DNA from: Camelus ferus | Lineage: Eukaryota | Reading direction: 5' to 3' | NCBI RefSeq assembly: GCF_009834535.1 | Contig: NC_045696.1 | Coordinates: 112,780,001-112,844,000 of the forward strand | DNA: 64,000 nucleotides | Part shown: positions 50,830 through 63,140 of the stretch, piece by piece | How positions within the stretch are numbered: position 1 is the stretch's first letter | Layout of the letters: each line of letters starts with the position of its first letter | Notes under the pieces: model-generated | Seen by the model: the letters and a program-made list of their open reading frames with translations, nothing else | Database searches by the model: none | What the model was told of the DNA's origin: nothing | Translations under genes and position numbers: made by a program

Positions 50830-51326
50830 TATTGATGACATAATGGACAATATTGCACGATTCCTCCATCCGCTCTTGGGGTGGGGTCATGGGAGACTGT
50901 CAGATGACTGCTGTTAGCTGTCAGCCCTCTTAAGTTGACTTTGCTTAAGAGACTCCATTCATTCAAGGACAGATCTCCTTCCTGGGACAGCCAACACTCC
51001 AAACTCTGATCAACCTGGTAGTCTAACGGCCAACCTCTCTGACACCAACTCCAAACAATTATGAAGAACAGCCGCAGCTCCAGATCCTGCTGTGTGGTCA
51101 GCGAAGGCTTTGTTGAGACGACATCGCAATCCAGCTTTCCCCTTTGCCCAGTCCCGCCGCCTGCCCTTCCCTGCCCTGCCCTTCCCTTCCCTTCCCTTCC
51201 CTTCCCTGCCTTTGCCTGCTTTCCCTCTCTTCCAACAGTGTTCATCTCAAGAGTGCTCACAAAGAAACTTTTTACAGGCTAATCTGTCTTTCAGAGTCTG
51301 CTTTCTAGGAAATCCAACCTACAATG
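50830..51326 (+). mobile_element. ERVL LTR (LTR16-like) containing (CCCTT)n
   Basis: tcagagtctgctttctaggaaatccaacct 3' end. Confidence 0.7.
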
Positions 51327-52293
51327 TGAGCTAAACAAATTGCCACTCTCTGACATTGACAACAACTTCTCCAGTGTAGAAAATACTTGGGGAAAAAAGG
51401 AGAAAGAAAACACAATGCTTCTGCAAATCTGATTACCGACCTACATATGATACAACAATATCACCTTGAAAAGAAACGTTTAAGAAACCGAAAGTTATGA
51501 CGTTTTTCATGTCTCAGATGACATGTGAAATTTAAAGAATTAGAGGAAAAGTGATCTATTACAACTGCGTAAAAATGTGCAACTTAATCGATTAACATAC
51601 TGAGGAATATATATTTATGAGATATTGAATGTATAAGACATAAACAACCTTTAAGTTGTTTTTCTAAACCTAATATGCTGCCTGTTAAAAGTACTGCAGT
51701 ATATTTAGAGCAAGAAGTTACCCGACATACTTCTGAATACTTTATAGCTCAGGATATATTTACCTTCATCAGTAGAGGATGCAGCTTCTCAAAATTGAAT
51801 TGTATTAGAAATTATACAAGTTTTACTATAACTTTACAAGAAAGATTGTTAAATATAGTGACTGTCACTTGAGCTATTAGAGCAAATAAGCTCTGAAATT
51901 ATCATAAGGAATTTTATGTCTGTGAAGGCAAGACATGTACCTATTTTATAACAAATTGTTAAATCCTCACACTTTGAATGTCTGATTATTCTGACTGAAA
52001 TTTTGCATTTTAGGATGAGCTTGTATTTAATAATTTGGTCTGTGTAATTCACACATAATAACATTGATTGTTTTGTTTGTTATTGATAAGTAATGCACCA
52101 AGTTTTTGCTATGTTTGGGCTAGTCATGGCCTTGCTAATTACTGAGAATTTGAGAATTTTTAAGAGGCTAAATAGAAATTCTATACTGAATGAACTATTT
52201 CAATTGACTAAATTTTTAAAAGATAAAAAAATTAATTCCCATAAATCATTACAACTCCAAGCCTTCAGTTATCTGTAATCAGACTTTGTTCAA

Positions 52294-52667
52294 GAAGTTA
52301 GAAAAATCACAAACAATATAAATCCAAAGAAACATGATTGAAAGAAATAATAAAGATACGGAAACAATAGAATAATATATTTTTAAATCAATAGAAAGTA
52401 TAACAAAATTAAAAGGTGGTTCTTTTGAAAGATTAAAAAGACATGGCAAAAGTAGTCCATGATACTGGAGTATATGAAAATAAACAAAATAGTAATGACC
52501 ACAGATAAAAATGTTTAAGGTGGCAGAAGGGAATTTGTGAAAAATTCCATGCTAATAAACATAAAAACCTAGATGGATAAATCAATTCTTGTAGATGCAT
52601 AAAAAGTAAAAATTTAGAACTTTTTGATTCTTATATTACTGAATGAATGAGATGCCTTGTACTTTTT
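52294..52667 (+). repeat. Local duplicate of 46559-46942 with its last ~55 bp inverted
   Basis: Direct alignment of the two segments. Confidence 0.9.
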
Positions 52668-53199
52668 TTCCTCCCTGACTATTCCTTCTTTTGTGAAGCT
52701 CCCATTCTGAAAGCACAGCTGAACTTAAAATAATCCTTCTGTTTCTACTATTATAAAACTTGTCTAAAAGAATGTTTAGGTGAGTTTATGGTGCTGTAGG
52801 CAAGTATAACAGTGGAATCACTGAAGGCTTCACTGAGGAAGTGTCATCTCAACTAAGTCCTGTAGGATTAATAGGAGTACCAGGGAAGAAGCGTTAAAAG
52901 CAATATGGGGGATTTAGCTTTGAGGGAAGATGGTGCTGAAATAAGTCATAAAATTGAGAGAGAGTAGAGGAAAGCTTGATAAAAATAAAGGCTCAGAAAT
53001 CCGTTTCTCCACTAAGAATGGAAGTCAGTTTCTGAAATAACTCGGGAGCTAGATTTTGAAGGCCAAGAGGCTCAGAGCAGCTACAGGTCTGATTTGACTA
53101 AACTAGCTCTTCCTAAGCTCCTGATTCCCGAGGGCAAGGTAAGAATTTTCCCAGTGCCAATAAATCCATTAATTTACGTTCTCATTACCCACATTAAGG

Positions 53200-53598
53200 C
53201 CCTGGATATAACTACTCGTTTCAAATGCTTGTGAAACATTGTTTAGTTAATTACTCGAGTCATAAAACAACAGCTATTGTGAAAATTAACGATGGGTTAA
53301 AAGCTGTAACTGTTGTTGTAAATGATTCAGGAGAAAGCTTACTAAGCTTCTCCTAAAGGTGTATTACCCTCAAAGGCTATAACAACAGAATTTGTAAATA
53401 TGTCTTTAAAAGAGCTATGCTATCATTCTCTTCCTGCTACAGCGGAAAACTTTTAAAAAGGTGATTTATAAAATCTTCTTATCTACAAAACTGAGACTTG
53501 ATGCTGGACAGAGAGGGCGCTGTGAAAAAATTTCTTTTCTAATTTGTAAATCTTCGCAATTTTTCATTAAGTATTGCTACATTTTTTACAATGGATAC
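53200..53598 (-). pseudogene. Candidate exon remnant (NHLFKSFPL*QEENDSIALL...FNPSLIFTIAV)
   Basis: Non-repeat sequence with weak RGS-like pattern. Confidence 0.3.
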
Positions 53599-53666
53599 CT
53601 GACCTCCTGATTTCCCCACCAACATGAAATTTCTTCTGTGTGTGTGTGTGTTATTGGGAGAAATTA

Positions 53667-53845
53667 GTGGTTTCCAAAGCATGGCCTTAAACCGCCAGCA
53701 ACAGCATCACTTGGGAATTTTTTAAAATGCAAATTCTCAGGCTCACCCCAAACCCATTAATCGGAAACTTTAGTGGAGGAGCCCAACAGTTTGGATTCTA
53801 ACACGCGAGGTGACTCTGATGCACTAAGGTTTGAGAACCGCTGGC
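53667..53845 (+). mobile_element. MER5A
   Basis: cagcatcacttggga...aaatgcaaattctcagg...tttgagaaccgctg. Confidence 0.85.
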
Positions 53846-54249
53846 GTGGAGTGTCACCCACTGCTGTCAACTCTTTGTTATCATGTCTGTGGATAGTCAG
53901 GGATGACTGGGAGTCAGGTTCACTGACTAACATGACAAGCCCCACAGGCGACTCCCCATCCCTTCTCAGAGCTGCAGGATCTATGAGTGGAATGTGGTGG
54001 ACTTGTTTCTCCTGGGTTTTCTTCCATGTACTCATGACACACATGACATATACATGTTAATAAACTTGTGTTTGTTTTCCTCTCAAAACAAGAGCAGAGA
54101 TGTGTTGATGGCAAAGGATTATTTACAACTATCCCATGCCTTCCACATATTTAGCATTAAATCTGGGAAAGACACTCTTTCCAGTGCTCAGTGATTTAAT
54201 CAGTATTTTAGCCTTGGGAAAGAGGGAGCTAGGTTACAGAAGAGAATCA

Positions 54250-54400
54250 TCTGGACTGGGGGTCAGGCACTCTGGACAGGCTAAGTTTGAATCTGACTCC
54301 ATGATGTGGGGCAACCCTGCAGGGCTCTCCTCTGAGGGCCTCCACTTCCTCATTTGTGAAAGGAGGTTTCAACCACTGTGTGACATTTTCCACAAAACTT
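54250..54400. mobile_element. MIR remnant
   Basis: ctctgagggcctccacttcctcatttgtgaa core. Confidence 0.55.
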
Positions 54401-54998
54401 ACAACTCTTTAAAGAGATTTTCCTCTTGCATCTAATTTAAATTTCTCTTTGATTCAATTTGATTCTGATTGTATTCTAAATTCATATCAATTTTTCTAAG
54501 GAGCTTTAATTTTAAAGTTTTTTTTTTTTAAAGCTATGGATTGAATTAAAATTAAAGACAATCCAGCACTGACTCTTTAAGGCTCAGTACAGAAACCTTA
54601 ATATAGCAAAATCGTACTTAGGTTTGCTAACAGTATCCTGACTCCCTTTGCAGCCATTTGGGAGATTAAGCGCTGTTGTATCATGACATCCGGATATGAG
54701 GGGCACCTGTTCCTGGTTTGCTCTGACTTTTCCCATCTTGGCACTGAAAGTCCTGAGTCTCAGAATGGTTGGGGATGCCACCAGTATGTTTGAAGGAGTA
54801 TGATCTGAAGTCCTGGAAATAAAAGTTCTCCTCTCTCTCTCTTTTTTTTTTTCCGCAAAGCCCAATTGGCTTGGCTAGTTAGGTTCATTTTCCCCTTGGT
54901 TGAGTAGATTTTAAACTAGACGTGGCTTAATCAAACTGTGAAACACTGCGACTCTGAAGAGTGGTTTTGGAAGGCTTCTTGCTCACAGTGTTTGATTC

Positions 54999-55694
54999 TG
55001 TTACCCTAAAAGGGGAAGAGAAAAGACTCCGGTTCTTACCTTACCCGAAAGATAAGAATTCAGAGGGAAGACAAAGGCATTGTGTAGCAAAAGATTTTAA
55101 GTTTTTTTAGCAAAGGGAAAGTACACATCCAAAAATGGAAGGCAGGCTGATCCAAGGGTAGAAATGGCCTTTGCCCCTCCTCTTACACCCTTGCTTAGAG
55201 GTGGTCTCTTGATCGATTGACGGCTCTTGTCCCTGGAGTGCTGAGTCATGCTCGCCCTCTTTTCCGCATGTCCTTACTCATGCTGCACACAGAAGAACCC
55301 ATGGGAGGGGCTAAACCACAAAGTTAATTATATTACAATGAGCATTGGGTCCGGCTGGTCAGGTCCTTGTTGCTGCTGCACAGTTGCTGCCAATGGGTTC
55401 TAACCAGCTTCTTGCTGGCGCTCATTTACAGGAAATAAAGCCCCTTTATGCTGGAGGTGGGCATACTGGTAATCTTCCATTTGCAGGTCTATAATCCAAT
55501 AATCCTGATAAAGTTTTAGAGTTGGACCTTTGCTAGTAATAATCAATAGAAATATGGCTGGTCCTCCCCTTCACCATACCCTCCCCGCCACCCTCCCCAC
55601 ACCCCTTCTCCCACCCACTCTAATTTTCACGTTCAAACCCTCCCTCTCCTCCACCTTATCCTCCCGGGGCCCCCAGTTGTCTAACTACCTGACA
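54999..55694 (-). mobile_element. ERV1-class solo LTR
   Basis: Minus strand TGTCAGGTAGTTAG...GGTAACA, 4-bp TSD attc/aatc. Confidence 0.8.
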
Positions 55695-55949
55695 AATCCA
55701 CTCAGAAAACAAAAAGTGACGCCCAGGGAAAAAGGAAGAGAGACAGACGCCAACACCCAGCCTGCCGACAGAGCGTCCCAGCAGCTTGAGTTTTCTGGGG
55801 GCTCAAGATGGGATGAACTACAGATTTCAGAAGTGCAGACAGTACTTGGAACTGACGCATCTTGGGTGCCCTGCTGGAAGCTTTTCTTTTCTTTCTTTCC
55901 TAATTGATAGCACCGATAGCCGATAGCCGGATACTCCAGACATTGACCC

Positions 55950-56300
55950 CAGTAGTAAAATTCCTCGTTCCCATGGGTTCCATAATAATATGGTCACCAC
56001 CATCCATTCATAGGTTTTGTCTTGGCAAATTGCAGCTATTTATGTCTCCTTTTGGTAGTTTCTAAAATGAGTATTTCTTTCCCATATACTCTGCCCGTAT
56101 AAATAACTTTCTGCATTCAATTTCCAATTATTCATAATTTTCACAGACTGTATTCAACCCTCATAATAAACCCTTTTAAATCAATGGTGGAACAGTTTTG
56201 TGAATAGCTGGAGGAGTTCCTGGTAGTGGTAATTTCTACCCAAACTGCAGTTCCTCATAGCACTATACCGAGTGCTGAGTATTTTTAGTGAAGTTCTGCT
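55950..56300 (-). pseudogene. Exon remnant (CYEELQF/WVEI)
   Basis: gaggaactgcagtttgggtagaaatt becomes EELQFWVEI if one T is restored; RGS helix-4-like. Confidence 0.4.
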
Positions 56301-58476
56301 TCAATTATGCTAATTTGATGAGTCATCTGATTCAAACTTGGCATGATAACTGATAACTGGCATGGTGGAGAGAACATTTAATTCAGAAGATCTGAGTCTT
56401 TATTCTAATTTTTCAGGTCATTTAGCCAGTTTACATTGGCAAGTCATTTCATCTCTCTGGGGTTCAGCCTATTATGATAAAATGGTGAAATTAATCTTTG
56501 CTTTTATGCCCAGATATTATAGTATGAATTGAAGGCAGCATATATAATAGAGACAGTATAAACATCAGGAAATTATCAAGCCTGAGAATCATTCAAAGCA
56601 ATGAAAATTTAAGATGATTTTGTGTTCTTGTTAGAAATACAGACATTCTAATCTTTTAGAAGGCAAAATAATCTGTTACTATTTGCTGGATTTTCCAAAA
56701 TCCAGTTAATTGACTCTACTTTAAAATTGCTCCTACACTAATGAAGCTTCCATGTTCCCTGGGACAGAGAATTCCTGTCTGGGAAATCTCTTCTAGGTAG
56801 AGCGGGAATATACTATTGCTGATGCCCACCCACTCCATTCCCAGTTTTTCCTGGTTCATTCTTCCTCCAGGCAGTGCCTGTCGCTTGGCCCATGTTATTT
56901 CAAACTCTGCACCTTTAATTTAACAGAGGCCACATGGGGGAATTTCACTCAGTGAAAATCTCATTGGGTATGCTCCTTTCTGGTTGTCAATATGGCTTCA
57001 GCCTTCCATAACTCTATTGCTACCTCTGTTTCAGGTTAAAGCTTCCATTTGAAGGTGCAATCACCCATGTTCTCACCCGGTAAACCCTTCCTAAGACTGG
57101 AACAACCACCGTTGACTCTACTACTATGGAACTAAGTCTGAGCTTAAAGAGAGGTTTTCCTCACTATCTGGACATGGTAAACAAGGACTTGAGAAGTTTC
57201 TCTTGGGGCTGGACTGGGTCAGGTAGGGAAATAGCCAGGTAGGTACAGCCAATTACTCTCAAGAACCATGGGAGCTCCAGAGATCTCCTGCACCAAGTAA
57301 TCCAGCCCTGCCTACCTTCTGCCCTTGTGTGTTTCCACACCTGATTCAAATTCCAGGCAGAGGGGATGTGATTGGCATAGTTGGAATCAGGTGACCATTG
57401 CTGTGGGGAGAGGGTGGCAGCCCCACCAGACTCACAGGGTGGCTGGGGAGTGGGTGCCGCTGCTCGAACCAGAATGGGGTGGAGAAGTTTTATCAAGCTT
57501 CACGTGCCCACTTCCCATCCTCAGATTCTTTATTTAACAAAACACAAGACAAGAGACAAACACGCCTGTATTTGTCGATCCTGGATACCAAATCTTGAAT
57601 CTTTAGTTGTGAACCATTGTCTTAAGGGAGAAAAGTCATCACCCTTATTTCTTCTGTGGATTCTTGCCTTAATTTTGATAGGAAAAGCAAAAGGAAAAAA
57701 CCTATGTGTGAATTTCAGAAAAAAATACACAGATCATTCTTTACAGAATATAGGTGCTAGGGGACAAAAGTTTAGCACAAAGAGGTTTTGGGGAGAGAAA
57801 TATTGAGGACGCTAACATTGAATGGTTTCCATTTTCATATTAAAATAAGAAGTGATTCTTCCACTAGGATGGAGGTGTAATGAGGTGGGTGAAGAACATT
57901 TACCAGACTTACTGTTTTCTGCTAGGAAAGGTCATTAAGCATTTGTCTAAGAGTTAGAATGGATAGAACCACCGAATTTAGAAGCATGCATTTTAATGGG
58001 TCTAATTATCCTAGGTCCCTAGTGATTAGTTGAAATCTGGGATGTATGTTTGAAATCATTTGTTTACTTTGTTTCTGATTACAAAAGTAGTATGTGTTCT
58101 CTCTAAGAAATTAAGAAAATACAAACAAAAGCAAGAAAAAAGAAATTGGAAGGCTTAGAAGTAACTATAATTACCATTTTGTTTTATATCTTTTCAAGAT
58201 TTTTTTTTATTCATATGTGCAAATATTAAAATTTAAAATGTCTATGTTTTTCTTTCATGTAACAATTGCAGGTCCATTGTCCAAAAATCAGAAAATACCA
58301 AAACACATATGGTATAAAATAGACAACGCTTGTGATCCAACACTTAATGTGTACCTGTGTATCAATACAGGGTTTCTCAAATAAAAACAGGATCATGGTG
58401 CCCGTGCTGTTCTGTGATCTGCTTTTCCTACTTTCAGATGGCATCTTACTTTATAAAATATCGTCTGTCTCTCCTC

Positions 58477-58693
58477 CAGTGGTTCTCAACCATATGCAAC
58501 TTTGCTGAGGGACGTTTGGCAATACTAGAGACATTTTCTGTTCTCACAAGTGGGGCAAGGAGACCATTGGCATCTAGGGGATGGAGGCCAAAGATGCTGC
58601 TGAACACCCCACAACGCACAGGGCAGACCCCTACCTCTTAGAGCAGAAAAGAATCACCCCCTCATAAATGTCAGGAGTGCCGAGGTTGCCCTG
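58477..58693 (+). mobile_element. MER20
   Basis: cagtggttctcaac...ggcatctag...aatgtcaggagtgccgaggttg. Confidence 0.85.
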
Positions 58694-59299
58694 TTTCCCC
58701 AGATCTCCCTCTTCACTGGTGCGAGGATTTTCAGAGGGTTATTTCAGCTACAGGGGCAAATGGTCCAGATCCCTGGGATCCAATCCATCTTGCAGATGCA
58801 GGCAAAATCTTTCTTTCTTCCAACCCAAGAGCAAACTTTGCGGGGATCCTGATGGGTGGAGGCAACAAAGCCTCCAGAATCTTCTAAAGCACGTGTTTAC
58901 TGACCCTGACAAGTACCTGGATTCCTGGGAGGACCAAGAGATGTGCAGCCTCTGAGATTTTCTCGACATGGGTGCTTGCGCTGACAATATCAGAGGCACT
59001 CGAAAGCCTCTGCTCTTGTTTCCCCTTTGACTCTGCTCAGGATTCCATCCTGTTTCTACTTTCTGCACCACCCACCCACCCACTCCATCGATTTCTGAGC
59101 TCCTGTGAGGTGTGAAGACCCGCCTCCTCATATGACGGTGGCATTGCAAGGTTTGTGGTTCTAGAATGCCTTCCTTGGTCCCTCTGCTGTCCTTCCCCAG
59201 TGATAACCCCCATCATCAGGTGGTTTTCCTCTAAACACATGTCAACCGTATTATGTTTCTGGGACCCAAAATTTGCAGAGACCTACAAGTGGTCTTGTC

Positions 59300-60480
59300 A
59301 TTATTTCTTGTAGCTAGTAGAATTCTCTAGAACTCTTTTTTGTTTTAATGCAAGATTGTTTTCTCATTTAAGTCTACTGATTTCTGACAGGCATTGGTCA
59401 GTTTTTATTTCATGACATTTCTCATCAGTGTCACTGGGATAGAATTCCATTATATGGATGGATTAAAATAGAAATTTCTCACTAGTAAATAAACCAGATA
59501 TTCTGCAATTTTGCCATTATAAACAGTATTTTAACAAGCCTCTTTGTCCATATGCCTTTATGTAATGTCTGATTATTTCTCTTTGGTGAATTTATAGAGT
59601 GAAATTATTGATTCAAAGTTATGCCCATTTGTAACTATAGTTTTAACCATATACAGACCCATCAAACTTGTGTGAAAGTTCCTCCATCCCTGTGTTCTTC
59701 ACTACTCTGAGTTTCATCAGTCTTTTAAATCTTCATAAATCTATTAGATGAAAAAGAGTTATTTGATTGCTAGTGTGGATATGCATAGTTTCAATATTTA
59801 TTATTATCCATATTTTTTGCCAAGTTTTAAAAATTTTTCTGAGTCGGTGTCTCATTTTTTAACTTGTAAGACTTTGTCTTTTCTATAAATACACACTGCA
59901 AATATGTTCTTGAAGTTATTTTTAAATTGTATTGTATGGTGCTATTTTTCTGTATAGAGGTTAAAATTTTTGTAGTCAGATCTACCAACCTTTTTCTTCT
60001 ATAATTTCTAGCTTTTGTGTAAGATTAGAAGTGTTCCTGCCCTCCTGCATTTTCACCTGTGGATTTGGGGGAAAGGTTGGAATGTAGCGTTAAAGTATGG
60101 CTTTACGTTTTTGTTTGCCGTGGCTTGGTTTTGTTTTTCCTTTGCGTTTACGATTGCCACTTGTGTCTGCTTCATTTGTGGAGTGCTTCTTTTTTTCTCA
60201 TTTATTTTATATGACCCTTTCTCTACAATTGACTTGTCTAAATACCATGCCAGCTAATGTTATATGGTAGGGAAAGCTTTCTTCATTACTCTGCCTTTTC
60301 ACTACTTCATGCATTTAGTTTTTTCCCCAGATATCCTTCATGCAAAACAAAAACAGAACAGAACACACCAAAAAAACCTCTGCTGACTTCTCTCCAAAGT
60401 TCAAATTTTGATCAGTTTAACGGGAATTTGACATCTTTACAGTGTTGAGTTTTCTTAACCCATGATTCTGTTTAAATATT
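59300..60480 (-). mobile_element. Old L1 (L1ME-like) fragment
   Basis: T-rich decayed ORF2 3' motifs. Confidence 0.6.
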
Positions 60481-60553
60481 GGTTACTAAAAAGTCATCAT
60501 AATTATATAATATAGCCATTGTTTAAGCAGAAGAAGTAAACTGTGGTGGCAAA

Positions 60554-60603
60554 GTGCCCTCCTATGTCTCAGAGGTGCCCTCCTATGTCTCAGAGGTGCC
60601 CTC
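60554..60603. repeat. Perfect 21-bp tandem duplication (2.4 copies)
   Basis: GTGCCCTCCTATGTCTCAGAG x2 + GTGCCCTC. Confidence 0.9.
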
Positions 60604-60729
60604 TCCGCCCCTAGGTCTCCCCGTCTGCCGCTGCGCCTCGGAGCAGGTGCTCTCCAGGACAGAGCACTGCAAAGCACGCATCGGTTTGGTACAAGCTCTG
60701 CTTTCCAGACAACCCTAGACCAAGACAAT

Positions 60730-61700
60730 CAAACACCAACAGCGAAAGGAGTCAAGGATCTGAAAGGGCGCTTCACAATAGAGAAACCTCAACTTAGCAA
60801 TAAAACAGCTAGTTACCAGTAACTAACTACCAGTGAGCTCAGTAAACAAAATACATATGATATTATTATTGTATAATATTATCCCTAATATGATCAGGGA
60901 AATGCAACTTAAAACCATCCTGAGAGATCATCACAAAGCCAGGTGACAAATGCCAACAAGCGTGAGTGGGAAGGTAGGACCTCTCTCTCCTGTTACCTTT
61001 AACCCTGCAAAGTGGTAAAAATCACTTGGCACAACAGTTTCACATCACTCAGAAAAGGGGAAAATGTCCATATCTCATCACCCTGCCATCCCACTGTCAG
61101 GCATATATGTACAGACACGTGTGCATGTGTCCATCAGGACATGCCCTCAAAATGTCCACAGCAGCATTATTTGCGATACCCAAGTCCTGGAAGCCATCCA
61201 CATGTTTGTTCATCAACACTAGGTAGGTAGGTAAACAGTAGTGTATTCATAGAGTAGAAATCTTCCCAGGAGTGAAAACAAATCAACTACAACCACATGC
61301 AACAACAGGAACAAATTTCACAACCACAGCGTTGTGCCAAAGAAAAGACACAAAGGAATACATATGGCACATTTATATAGTTTAAAAACAGAACAAACAA
61401 AATAGTATTTTTAGGGATACATATATATGTGTATATGAATATACATACACACACACATACATACATGATAAGCATAAAGTAAGCTAAAGAATGATTATGG
61501 TTTATTCCTAAAGGTAGCATAATGTTTATTATTAAAGAGAAGTAAGGGAAATGCCTTCCAGGGCAGAAATGGGGCCTATAGATTATTGGTAATATTCTTT
61601 ATTCTCATTTTCCACAATGACAATATGCATGCTCATTTCATTATTATTCTTGAAAGGGCATATCCATTTTATTCGCTTTTCTGGAAGTGTGTTCTATTTC
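60730..61700 (+). mobile_element. Old L1 (L1ME-like) 3' end
   Basis: atcagggaaatgcaacttaaaacc...cacagcagcattatttg. Confidence 0.7.
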
Positions 61701-62199
61701 GCAATTTTCACTGAGAAAATAAAAATGTCCAGCCCACCACCGTCTTCCCCAAGCACTTTATCCGATGTGAGGCATCTGTTCCAACCACCTTCTTCTTCAC
61801 ACATGGAGTCAAGACATTTCTATCTAATATAGAAGAAGAAACAACACCCAAAATAATTAATGCAGAATTCTTTGGGTACATGCAGGGCTTCAAGCAAGGC
61901 TCACATCTCTGAAGAAATTATATTCTCAGCCCAGAAATTCTCCAGAACTGGGGGACACTAGATATTTTGAGCGAGATTACTCCCCCTCCAGGAAAAGGCT
62001 TTTAGAGCTCTGGATGCAGGTTAATCAGTCACAGTACAGCTTCGGTGGGTTCCTTTAGGGGCCCAGGGAAGACCTGCCTCCCCCAGCGGCAGTTTTGGCA
62101 TCGTACACGTCTTCTGTCAGGTTAAATTTATCCATGACTTAGACCGAGTACAATAAGCCAGGGTATTTCTCACTTCCAATATACCTGAGTAAAAGCCAT

Positions 62200-62635
62200 A
62201 CGTGTTTTTTTCACTTGGGATTCTTAATTGCAAGCCACAGAGGCTGCCTCTGGTTTATGAAAGAGAAAAGGAGCTCATGAAAACTATATTAGGTATCTCA
62301 CAGAATTCCTGTGAGGAGGAGAGACGTATTCAAGCTAAGCTTCCAGGAGCAATGCCTCAAAGCCTGCAGCATAGCTGGCCTGGTGCGGAGTTGAGGACCA
62401 CCACCACTGTTACCCAGCGCCACTCCTCGGACAGACACTCAGGCTTCCGATCATGGCCACCCCAAGGCTGGAGGCTTCTGCTGTCACTGTGGTGGCATCC
62501 AGATGACACTTGCCTTCTCAAGTTGCTTACTCCCAAACTGAGGTCTCAGATTCAATGCCTCTGACTGGCAGCCTTAGGGCACATAGTATACCAGCTACCG
62601 GGGAAGCTAAGAATGAATTTTCTAGGTTCTACTGT
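62200..62635 (-). mobile_element. Old MaLR LTR (MLT1K/M/N-like)
   Basis: ggattcttaattgcaagccacaga...tctcacagaat...tctgactggc. Confidence 0.6.
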
Positions 62636-62649
62636 TGCTCAGCACAACC

Positions 62650-63140
62650 AGAGATCATGAGCTGCTTCGTGGTAGACATCCGTGCTCTTTTGCTTAAAAA
62701 AGTTTCTGTCTGGTGTAACTTATGGAATAACAAAAATTCAGTTACTGCCAATTTCTAAGTACATGATTGAGGATATTTTTAACTCTCCAGAAAAAGCATG
62801 AAATTGCACCATCTGTTTGGCTCTTTTCTCCCTGGTGGGCAATACATTTCACAGAGTCCCCATGATTCAGAGGAGACCGAGGTGGGGTCTTTTTCTGAGT
62901 CTGAGTCTGTATGCATAGTTTATACCTATTTCCCACGTCACTTAGAAGGGGTTTAGTCACCAGAAATGTCCAATTCAACCACTCTGAACAAAGTGTTTGT
63001 AGAAGAGCGTTGTGGTAGCGAAAACCTACCTTTCGGTGATTCTAGCATCCAGGGGTCTCCAGGTGAGGGCTGGTGGAGAAAGGCCATGGACTGGATTGGG
63101 TGCCAACTTTCTGGCTCACAGCCGCATGGCTCCCTCACAA
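62650..63140 (-). pseudogene. Exon remnant (DGAISCFFWRVKNILNHV)
   Basis: Overlapping minus ORFs 62742-62978 and 62953-63138; FFW..KNIL resembles RGSL1 DFWILAENIL as recalled. Confidence 0.4.

Larger units (their letters stand above)
448..63140 (-). pseudogene. Ancient unitary pseudogene of a large multi-RGS-domain protein (RGS22/RGSL1-like family); probably extends beyond the window
   Basis: Series of minus-strand exon remnants with polypyrimidine-AG and GT donors, several phase-compatible junctions, recurring RGS-like motifs (L.FW.[DE], [YF]L...AP..[IL].[IL], F..A...I), many stops and frameshifts, and TE insertions. Confidence 0.7.

Noticed and set aside
50829..51334. ORFs with GKGRE/PFPSL repeats
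   Set aside because: Artefact of (CCCTT)n within an LTR
41950..55641. 13.5-kb inversion bounded by inverted repeats
   Set aside because: Exon remnants inside and outside are all on the minus strand, and the 55-kb LTR is complete with a TSD
448..63140. Calling the locus RGS22 or RGSL1 itself, or a functional CDS
   Set aside because: Similarity is only motif-level, far below orthologue identity. Most exons carry stops or frameshifts and one is split by an LTR.
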